The notes under the pieces are model-generated. The model was not told the DNA's origin, searched no databases, and saw only the letters and a program-made list of their open reading frames with translations. A DNA stretch of 64,000 bases from Vicugna vicugna (lineage: Eukaryota): assembly GCA_013265495.1 (NCBI GenBank), contig MU058065.1, forward strand, positions 6,262,302-6,326,301, given 5' to 3'. Shown in pieces: positions 53,874-64,000 of this stretch; positions within the stretch are counted from its first letter, which is position 1, and each line of letters opens with the position of its first letter. The translations under genes and the position numbers were made by a program.

Positions 53874-55312
53874 CTGGGAAGCAAAGAACAGCAGATCAGG
53901 AGTGTAATTCAAAGGACTTGGGGTGAAGCGGAGGGAGCCAGCCCTGCCCAGCCCACAGTGAGGAGCTGACATGCCTCTTCCCCCACCAGCACCTACTAAC
54001 TGAGATTGAGATTGTCCTGTCTCCTCTTACCATTCTGTGTGTGTGTCTCTTAACTAGATTCTAGACTGAAATTGCCATAGAGCAGGGATTCAGTATTATC
54101 CTTCTGTGCACATCTTCATTAAAAAATCTTTACAGGACTTTGACTCAAGGAGAAGGCATCTGGGACCAGGTAGACCAAAATTAAAATTCAACAGGCCTGG
54201 CCCAAAAGGGGGACAAGGAGGGAATTAACTGAAGGAAGATGAAGAAGGTTGTAAAGAAAAGAAAAGTGTATCATAAAGAGATACAGAAGAAAAGTAGGTA
54301 ATATCAGAGAAGGATCTGGTCTCAGTGGACCACAAGCTGCATATGTGTCAGCTGATCAGCCCTGATGCTAGAAAGGTAGGGGCTATCCCAGGGATATAGA
54401 AGGCCACAAGATGTTAGAATGGCTAGGGAATGGAACCTCTGAGGAAAGTCATACCTTCTCTCTAGCCCAAGTTTCTCCTTCTGTTAAATGGGAAGGTTAG
54501 GTTTTGATCTCTAAAGTGGGCCCTCCCACCTTGATATCCTCTGTTTCTCTGAACTGGAGAGCAGGAGGAAATAACTGGGGACTGAGTCTCTGAAACATTG
54601 TTGTGAAATAAGTGGCACTGACCCTTCTCTGGCTCCAGGATCTGTGACCTTTCCAGAGCAGGATGGCAGCTAGCCAAGCCCTGGGCACTGGGGTAACATA
54701 ACTGATTGGGGAAGGGGATGCTGTTTGGCTGCGTGGGTAAAGACCTCATGGAAATTTCCACACACTTTCAGAAATCCCTCCACTCCCAGCCTTCTTTCCA
54801 CCTGAGGAGAGAACTGCCATTTGGTTGTACCAGACCCATGAAGGTTAAGTTGGCTAGGTATTCACACCTGGGTGGAACCACTTTAATTGCTCTTATCTGA
54901 GTGCTTAGCTGAGATCCCTGTCTTACAGGAATGAGTAGGTACAGCACTTGGAGGCCAAGGGTAATTTGAAACCTCTCAAAAACCCTTTAGCATAGAGCAG
55001 AAAAAGATTTTGGGTGGAGAGAAGTGGCACCAGCAGATAGAAAATGTAGAGGAAAATGTTGGTAGATAGGTGCCAAAGGTCAAGTTGGCCTACTTTTCAT
55101 CTTAGCTTGAGTGCGCATCCACTCCTCTGTCCCCATTAGCTCCACAAGTACAGGCTGCCCAGACATGTTCTGGCCCCACAACAATGAGATGTAATGGGTT
55201 TAAATAGCAGGAAGAGGAATTTCAGTCTTAAGGTAGAACTTCTCAACACTGAGGAGTGAGATGCTTGAAGATGTGGTTGCAAGGAGATGTGTGCGAGAGT
55301 CCTTTAAGTTCT

Positions 55313-55351
55313 ACACACACACACACACACCACCACCACCACCACCACCAC
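55313..55351. repeat. (CA)n(CAC)n compound microsatellite
   Basis: Read directly. Confidence 0.9.
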
Positions 55352-58300
55352 CCTATCACATCATTGTCAACATTCCTATCCAAGTAGTCCAGGAACAAGG
55401 GTTCTCTCCTCAGTGGAGAGACATATAGTCTAGACCTTCAGAAAATCCACTCAGAAAAGCTGGTAATTGCTGACATGAAATTGTCAGGGAGAGAAGGCAA
55501 ATGCATGCAAGAGTGAGAATTTAAAAAAAGCTGAAATGGTGAGGGGAGAGAGCTCCCAAAAGACCCTGGAGTACATCGGAGGTGTGGGCAACAAGAGCAA
55601 TCTTTTCCTTTGTAGAAGATAGAGGAGGAGTCCTCCGTGCTTAGCACCTGCTCATCACTGTGTTCCAATTGTAGCCTGGTAAGGTACAGCCCCAACCTTT
55701 TACGAACCCTAGACAGGTGAGAGATTGGGCAGGGGGAGTGGGCCAAGGGTAGGGCAACCCCTGCTGGCTGCCGGTGGCCCAGTGACTTTCAAAAGCTGAT
55801 CAGTTCCTATCTATCTATCCATCCCCTTTCCATCCACTTATCCCACTTCATTACAAAACGGGTTGGGGGCAGCTTCTAGTATGGTTGTACAGAGTCAGTA
55901 GATAAGACTAGCCCCTTGAGAGTGTAAGACTGTCATTTTCTTTTGTCTCCCATGGCAGATATTTAGCTGCTTAGTTTGTATTTCCCCTCAGTCTTTATTG
56001 TGAAAATTTGCCTACTATAGACGATTATTATAATACTACAATGAATACCATTTAATAAATGTTTTTGAATGAATGAATGAGCCATCTAAGGAGAAGGCCA
56101 GGCTCCTGTCCCCATATGGCTTCATGACTCCTAATTAGCTTCCTGAAACATTTTCTTTCTCCCAGCTGGATTCAGAGGCAAGGAAGTAGGCCTCCCCACA
56201 GCTGACTAGCTCCTCTTCTGCCACCTACATGTCCAGAACTCCACCAGGGGGTCTAGGGCCCTTCGAACTCATCTTCCCCGGCCTATCCCCATGCTGCTAA
56301 GTTCCTCACTCTCCCCTCCCCAATCCTGCCCTCTGCTAACTCCCTACTTTCCCAAGGCTGACTGACCTTATCTTCCCAAGGTTACTCTGCCCCATCCCTC
56401 CCCTCTCCCTCCTCCTGCACAGGCCAGGCGAGAAAGGCAAAAACCTTTTGACCTTGTCTTTTTCCCAGGAGCTTGAGATGGAAGAGGAATCAGGAGGAGC
56501 ATGATGGGCAGGGCCATCCAGGAGGTGGGGCTGTCCCTTCACAGGGTTGAGGGGCTGCCCCAGAGTCAGTTTCTGGTCCGGGTCTGGCTTCCTAGGCTGG
56601 CTGGCTGCCTGGGAACTAGACTTGTTTACAAGCTGGTCAGGAGGAGGGATGGGCAGTAGTAGCAGCTAGAATCCCAAGGGACCAGCTTGCTCCCTGCCCT
56701 CCTGTCTTCGCTCCCATCTTCAAGTCATAGGAAAGGAAACTCCAGAAGGGGAGTGGCAGGGGGGCATTGGGCAAAACACCAGGCCTCACTTTTGTACCCT
56801 GGTCTCTGGATGAGCTGAGCCTCTCTGGGTAAGTCAGTTCCCTCTCTGGGCTTCACAAAAATGAGTTGGCAAGATAGGCTCAAATATCCCCTCTAATTTT
56901 CACACCGTCTTTAACTGCATCAAGAAATATTTCCCCTGTCTTTCCTCTTCCTTTACCCGCCTCCCTTCCCTTCTGCTTCCTTAGGGATTGAACTCTGCTT
57001 TGGGGGCTCTGAGTTAGAATTGATCTGAGATCAGCCAGAGAAGATGTGCCCATTTGGGAGCATCTGCATGGTTGGGGGACTGGAGCCCAGTGGTGGTAGG
57101 AAATATATACTATATAATATGTAGGATCTGAGACCCTAATGAAATAGCCACTCTGGACATAGGAAAAGTGAAGCTAGCCCTAAAAGAAATCAATGTGTAG
57201 ACAAGAAGGGACAAGACTAGGGTTGGCCATTCTAGCTGGCCTGGCCTGTGCCAAAGTCTCTCTCTCAGGGACTTTGGTTGGTAGAATAAATAGCCAGGTG
57301 AGGTTGCATCAGGGGCCAGCCAGTTCCTGCTGGCAACATCTATAGATCTAAACTTTGGAGGCTTGGGTTTCTGGCCTAAATAACCTTTCCATCCCTGGAT
57401 TCAGAGGGCTGAACAGAATGCCAGAGATTATCTAGTCCAACTCCACCTACTTCGCCCCCATTATACAGATAAGCAAGATGAGAAGGGAGTTGAATGACCC
57501 TGGCCACTCAGTGGAGGAATCTCTGTTGCAAAAAATTTAGGTGACTATTTAAAAAAACCAAAGGGCCTGGAGGAAATGGCCACCTGAGATCTTCTGTTAC
57601 CTTAGGTGGCCTCACACACCATTCTCCACGCAGCCCGTACTCCAAGCAGGGTTGGCTAATTCTGCATCCATCCCTCATTATGCCACTAAATTTCTGGACT
57701 GAGAGGTACCCCCATCCCCACCTCTAGTCATCAAAATCTTACCCAGCACCTCCCCAAGCTCAATTCAGATCCCACTTGCCCTTGGGACCCTCCCCTGGGC
57801 CCCAGCCCTCACTCACCTCCCCCACATGCGTCACTCCAGGTGTCACTCATTTGGGGGGGTACTTTTATCCTGCCAGTGGCATAATTATTTCATCATGTTT
57901 TCTTGCCTTATCTGTCCAACAAAGATCTCAGGGAGAAGCATAATGTCATTAGCAAAACACACTCAGGGCTTTGAGGATCCATCGGACTTGGGTTTGCATC
58001 TGGGCACTGCCATTTGCTTGTTCTATGATGTTAGCAAGTCCCTAGCTTTTGAAGTTGGCACTTAGCATTTGTTGAATGGATGATGAAACGTAACCTTCTG
58101 AGCCTCAGTCTCCCCAACTGTAAAATGGAAATAAATAATAGTACTTCCCAGGTTACACATGGAAAGAACCTGTCCAGGGAGTCGGCTTCCACAGCTGTTT
58201 TGTGTCTTCCCATTCCCACCCTTAATCACCTCTCAGGCCTGCACAGAGCTTGACAATCAGCAGGAGTACAGGCAGCATTTGTGGGTTCCTGAGGACATGC

Positions 58301-58730
58301 TTTCCTCCAACTCTGCACTTACTTAACCTCGATCCCAGTGTCTCCTTCTCCCCTGTCCGCTCAGTCCAGGGACCAGGAGCACCTCCAGGATCCCTCCTTT
58401 CCCTATCAAGCACTCCTGGATGGATTTTTGAGGCTAAGAGTATCACAGACCCTTTTGATCTGCTCCTCTGAACGGTCTCACAGCCAGCCCCCCACTAATT
58501 CCCCACACTCATTCCCCATACTCCTTAGTCTGACCCCCACCTCCCAAGACCCAGCAGAGGGAGCTCTGAGCCCTGGGGCTGTGGGTGAGGGCTGCACAGG
58601 GGTGGGGGAGGTGGGTGGTGGAGAAGGGGCAGAAAAATGTTGCCTGACGGCTGCTGGCTGCTGAGGCGGCTGGGCCCGGGCCTGTGCCCGCCCGCCTGTC
58701 CTGTCCTGCTCTGTCTAACTCGGTACGGTA

Positions 58731-58768
58731 NNNNNNNNNNNNNNNNNNNNNNNNNNNNNNNNNNNNNN
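58731..58768. other. Assembly gap (38 N) in WNT6 intron 1
   Basis: Run of N bases. Confidence 1.
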
Positions 58769-61700
58769 CCCCATCTCCCCCACCCCCCTGCGGCTACCTA
58801 GGCCCAATTTGGTTCTCTCTGCCTGCTCCTGGGCACCCTTCCCATCTCCTCACTCTCCTCTCCTTCTCATTGTTCTTGGGAGAGGTAGGGGCTTTCCCTT
58901 CCTTGAATTATGGCTACATTCCCTCTACAAGATGGCTTACTGTTGGTCAGGGTTGTGGGAGGCAAAGGCATGGACACAGTGACCACCCTCTGGATGTCCT
59001 GCAGAGAACCTGTCATGTGCCTTCCGCTGTCCTGTCCCATACTCAGGTTGGGAACACCATCTGAGGGAGGTGATGGGGAGCAGAAGGGGCCTGTGGAAGG
59101 CCCTGTACCCCTTTCCTGACCCCCACCCTCACTGCACACAAGGACAAGGTACTCAGCAGGAGCTGGACTCCCTGTCCCAACCCTCAGTTACTTGCACTCT
59201 GGGTGGCCTTGAACAAGTGACCTCCTGTCCCTGAGCTCTGCTAGATGATCTGTAAGTCCTTTCTAGAGCTAATTTCTGGATTAAACGGAGGCCTCAGAGC
59301 TGGAGGAACCAGCTAAAGAGGCCAGGTGGAAAGTGGTTGAAGATCCCTCCCAGTGACCTTTCCCTCCCTGAGCTCTTCCTTAGGCAGTCTGGGGGAAGCA
59401 CTCACGGTCTCTGGGAGGAAGGAGGGCCCAAGCTAGAGGGCACTCTCCCCAGTCCCTAGGGACAGGCTTCTGTGTTCAAGGGCCTCTGCTCTGGCTGGCT
59501 GGGTGCCCTACTGCCAGCCTGACTGTAGCCTGGCTGCCCACCCCACCCTCGCCTCATCCCCTCCACAGCTGCATTTCTCCATCAAAGTACACATTCTGGA
59601 ATCCCCCTTGCTGGGCCCTGGTGATCAAGCCTCCCACTGACCTCCCCCCACCAACTCCTAGCTTCCGATGAGAACAGGGAAGGAGGGGTTTGCACCCCCC
59701 AGGAAATGTCACAGTGCCAGGACTCTGGTGGGCTCAGGGCATGCTCTGGCCTGGATTGAGCCAGCCTCCTTTTGCCCCTGCCCTTTTCTGCTCACAGCCC
59801 CATTGTCTCCCTCCAGAGGAAGCTGCCAAGGCGGGAGGCCTGGAGGGGGGACTGGATGGCCACCCCACCCCCTTCCCCACCCCATCCTAAGCCTGGTGGG
59901 GGCCAACAACAGGACTGCCCATGAAGGATTGGGGGCCCCAGATAAAGACAGGATGGGAAAGGGTGATCAGGTCTATCCTGGTGTGGGGGTAACAGTTGGA
60001 AAACCTGGGTGTCAAGAAGAAGCCTGGGTCCTTTCCCTACCTCCCTGTGGAGCCAGAGATGAGGCTGTCCTAGGCATCTGGTTCCTGTTTCCATAGGCAA
60101 GGGGGGTGGTGTCCAAAAGGCAAGATGAGATGGGGGAAGGGAGGGAGACTGACCAGTGCTACTCCTAGTGGAACATGCGGGCAATGGGAGTAGAGGGTTA
60201 GCTTCTTTCATAGAAAATATAAAACAGACAGAGGAAAGAGGAAGGAAGAAGGGAGATTGATTTTGCTATTCTGTGAGAAAGAGCTATTTTCTACATCCGC
60301 TGATTGACGGTGTAAATAAAGATGGGTCAGATGTTGAGAAGAACTTCCTGGGGGAGGATGGGAGGGATGAAGGGAGCAGGGTGGAAGGAGTGGGAGCTGG
60401 TGACCAGGACAGGATCTGTCAGGGCCAGAACATGGGCTGAATGGCCTGGAGGCAGTAAGCTGGACAAGATGACCTCAAGAGAGCCTGGCCAATGTCCTGG
60501 AATCTGGGATTCTGTGATTCACAAAGATATGGTTACAGATGGAAGAGAGACAGACAGAGGCCAGAGGCAGAGTTTAGAAAGCATGCATTGCATTGGAGAA
60601 GAAGAGGGAGGGGGGAAGGTGGAAGGGAAACTTCCCAGGGACCTGGAGCCAGGTCTCTGAGCCTTTTCCAGGGCCTGGGCCCCTCCCCTCCCAGCCCCTC
60701 CTTTCCTAACCAGGACAGTCCAGTAGCTCAGGGTTCCTGGGGTCCTTTCTGCTTCCAGCGTGGCTGCTGCTATAATGTCAGCATGGACTGCAGCCGGCTG
60801 CTGTGGGTCCAGCTGCTTTTCTGTACATCGCTGGAGCTCTGGCCTGGCCAGCATTCTCTGAGAAGCAGGGAGAAGAGGTCCAGCAAGCCAGTCCTAGACA
60901 TCAGGGAACAGCCTGTAAGCTCCTTGCCTAAAGAAGCTCTTACTTAGGGTGACATCTCAGGGGTGGGAGCAAGGAGTGACAGGAGCCTCTCAGAAGTATC
61001 TGAGTGAGGCAGTCATCGGACACCTTATCACATCAGCCCCTCACTCTTCACAGGCTCACCCTGCAGCTGTGGCAATGAAGGCCTCTGTGTTCTCCCACAC
61101 CTGCCCTCCTCACCTCCTCCCCCACTCCCTGATTTCCAGCTTCAGGGTCAGTCTTGGAGGGACCAGGTCTCTCCTCCCTCTGACATGGCTCCCACCAAGC
61201 AGCCTATTCCAAACAAAGGACTCCCCCCCCGCATGGATACAAACCCCAGAAGGGTGAATCAACCAATTCAGCAACACTCCATAAAACTGTCCCCAGCACT
61301 TTTAGTCTCTAAGGCCCTAAAGTCCAAGGCTTGGCCTTCCAGGAGCAGGGAAAAGAGACCCAAGAGGAGATGGTTGTCAGTAAAATGTATAAAAGACAGA
61401 GGGTGCCATGGGAGCAGTGGAAGCACAGAGAAGGCAAGGGAGGGAAGACAGAGGGACAGCTTCAAGGAGAAAGTGGTATTTTAACTGGAAGGATGAGAAA
61501 ATTGGGACAAATGGAGGTGGGGAAGGGAAAGCTACCGACATCAGGGAGACACCTGGCCCCTGTCCCCATATCTTGAGAAAGCGGAAAGTTAGGGAACGAA
61601 ATTATGGGGAACAAGAGATAGAAATCCCTTTATAAACTTTCCTGGGGATCCTAGATTTTAAATTTAAATTAACCCCCCTTTCACCCATGGGGACTCTGGC

Positions 61701-63244
61701 CAGAACCTGGGGTGTGGAGGGGGGACTTATATTTAGGAGCACCTCCCAATGTCAGATTATCTTGTAGGTCACCCCACCTAATCCTCCTAGTAAGCCTGCC
61801 ATGTAGGGGAACTGTTTCCCAATTTTACAGTTGAGACATTGGGGAGCAGAGAGAAGTGACTTGCCCAAGGTCACAGGTTTAACAAATGGGCAGATTAGAT
61901 CTCAGGTCTGTCTATTTCAAAGCTGCTACTGCGTTATGTTAAGTTAGGATGGAAGGATGCATGTTCTCTAGCCCGGACCTAGGCCGTCCTCGATGTGCCT
62001 CCTCACTGACACTCTGAGGGACGTCTCTCTCGCATCATGCAAGAGGGTTATTGGGGCCAGCAGCTCCCTGTGTGGGCATCCAGCTATCTCCCCAGAAGAG
62101 AGGGATCTGCCTGCCCCACCCCTTCTCCCAAATCCCGGGGTGGGGGAGGAGTGGAGGGTAGAGAATCCAGCCAATGATATGGCGGTATGCAAATAGACAA
62201 GACCTTGCCTTCTTAGGATTGGCTGATGCCCAGCGATATTGTCCAAGTCCCTCCTCTCTAAACACTGAGCTATTCTGGACGGGTCTTTGCTGCTCTCGAG
62301 ACTGAGAAGGAAAAAAAGTTTAACGGGATCCGAATCTCTAAGCGGTAGGGGCCCGGCACCTACCTTCCCAGCCTCTGTCCACTCCGAAAGACTCAGAGTT
62401 CCCTCAACCTTCGCTGCCCCAGTGTCTGCTCTAGCTAGGGCTAAATCAGGAGACCAGGTCTGGGAAGATGCTCCCATCCTTTGGCTCGCCAGGCCTCCCT
62501 CCCTTCCACCAGGGCCCTCTACGGTTCCCAATACCTCCCGAGCTGCACATTTTTCATCCATGACCCCCACATCTGGGAGGGCCAGGCGCTTGGGTCCTTT
62601 TCCTGCCTTTCCTCCTCGCTGCTCGGGGAGGAGAAAGTAAAGAAAGTCAAGGTTCTGACTCAGTTTCCCCTTTAAGTTCCCCTCCCGCCCCCACCTTCCA
62701 TCCTGAAGGAGCCCACAAAGAAGCCGGTGGGTTTGTGGGCAAAGATGAGGCAGGGAACAGGCAGCTGTTTGACTCTTCCTGCCTGTGGTTTCCCACCTAG
62801 TTTCTCTCTTTTCCCCAAATCCAGCCCCCCCCCACCCCGCCCTAATCCAGAGCCCTCCTCACACATTGTTTCCTAAAGACCTCAGACTACGGATCTTCCG
62901 CCTGTCTCCCCGATAGCGCTTTCCTACCCTCCTGCCAATCCCTTGGTGACCTGGATTGAGCGATAACCTGGGGTAGGGGGTGGGACACCAGAGGAATACA
63001 ATAGAATACGCGGAGGGGTGGGGAGTAGTAGGCACGTCCAAATGGCAGTTCAGTGCCCCTGGCGGAGGCCGGCAGCAGCGGCACGCACCTCCCCTTCACC
63101 TCTTCAGCTGCCCGGGGGCTAGGCTCTGCGCGCAGGTAGATTCCGGAGGCAGCCGGAGGGCGGTTCCGAGCCCCGCAGTCGGTCCCGAGGTTCCCACCCT
63201 CGAGCTTCAGGAGACGCGCTGAGACAGCCAGACGCAGCACTCAC

Positions 63245-63324
63245 CACCACAGTCCGCCGACGTGCGCCGGACACAGGAGAAGCAGCAGCAGCAGCCCCAA
63301 GCGGGAAGGCGCGGGCGGCAGCAT
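63245..63324 (-). CDS. WNT6: WNT6 coding exon 1 (80 nt, signal peptide MLPPAPSRLGLLLLLLLCPAHVGGLW)
   Basis: ATG at 63324 in context GTCACGATGC. Leu-rich signal peptide matches the WNT6 N-terminus. Donor TG|GTGAGT at 63244. Confidence 0.96.
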
Positions 63325-63450
63325 CGTGACAGCTCTAGGGCGGGCCGATGCGGGCATGAGGCGAGACTGCGGGGTCAACCGGTGCGCACGGGGACCCGGG
63401 CCTCAGGGCGAACGCGGCGCCGGCGGCGGCGGCCGGGAGGCCAGGGCTGC

Positions 63451-63489
63451 GGCGGCGGCAGCGGCGGCGGCGGCGGCGGCGGCGGCGGC
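63451..63489. repeat. Trinucleotide repeat (GGC)3AGC(GGC)9 in the WNT6 leader
   Basis: Counted directly. An additional (CGG)4 lies at 63421-63432. Confidence 0.95.
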
Positions 63490-64000
63490 ACAGGGGGGCC
63501 ATGGGGGTGGCAGTTGCGACAGTCAGGCGGCGGGACTCTCGGGAGGGAGCCGTGCGCCCCGGGGCGGCGGGCGCGGAGCTCAGCAGAGGGCGGGAGCGAG
63601 ATCCCGGGGCGGGGCCCGAGCGCGCTCGTGGCTGCGGGACCCGCCTGCCTCGCCCCCTCACCTCGCCTCTCGAGGCTTGGGAGCCCCCCGCCACCGGAGT
63701 CGGGGGCAAGGAGGGGCGGGGAAGTAGGGTGGAGAAGGGTAAGCGGGGGAAGGAAGAGGAGCTGAGGAATGGGGGACGGGCTGGAAGGGAGACGTCTGAC
63801 AGGTTTGTTGACTGTAAAGAGAGAAAACTTCCCAGGAATGAGGGAGTTTGGGTTGGGGGGCGGTGCGAAGGGAGATGCTGGAGCGGGGGCCAGGAGAGGA
63901 AGTCCGCCTGGGACGCTGGGTGCTCCAGGTAGGGATGTGAACTCGATGGCCCAACAGACTATGGAGAAGTCACCTCTTACGGGACCGGCCTCCGCACAGC

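Larger units (their letters stand above)
62950..63750 (-). promoter_or_regulatory. WNT6: WNT6 promoter/5'UTR CpG island
   Basis: Very dense CpG around exon 1. GC boxes GGGGCGGGGC at 63606-63615 and GGGGCGGGG at 63713-63721. Confidence 0.85.

Noticed and set aside
58715..58775. Odd sequence CTAACTCGGTACGGTA next to the N run
   Set aside because: These are probably low-quality contig-end bases at an assembly gap.
63051..63070. CTCF-like motifs at ~63055, ~56241 and ~29405
   Set aside because: They have the wrong G-run spacing or a mismatch at the conserved core C.

Overview
Mammalian genomic window, probably camelid because it has two Vic-1-like tRNA-Ala-derived SINEs. The GC-rich right part (~27-64 kb) holds the tandem WNT6-WNT10A cluster, both genes on the minus strand. 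Each gene has four coding exons with GT-AG introns in phases 2/1/0. I spliced both by hand: WNT6 is 1098 nt (365 aa) and WNT10A is 1254 nt (417 aa), both intact. The AT-rich left part (1-27 kb) has no protein-coding gene I can recognise. It is made of L1, L2, MIR and MaLR/ERV fragments and includes a four-level nested insertion carrying a processed RPL23A pseudogene. I found no new protein-coding system. The best leads are regulatory: (1) a poly-Arg uORF read through a GCC repeat, plus an in-frame upstream ATG, in the WNT6 leader; (2) an orphan promoter-like CpG patch at ~20.2 kb; (3) a downstream CpG island at 27.2-29.5 kb with CTCF, homeodomain and RFX motif blocks; (4) NF-kB and TCF/LEF motif clusters in WNT10A. 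Repeat family names come from visual recognition, and repeat boundaries are approximate unless target-site duplications (TSDs) are given.
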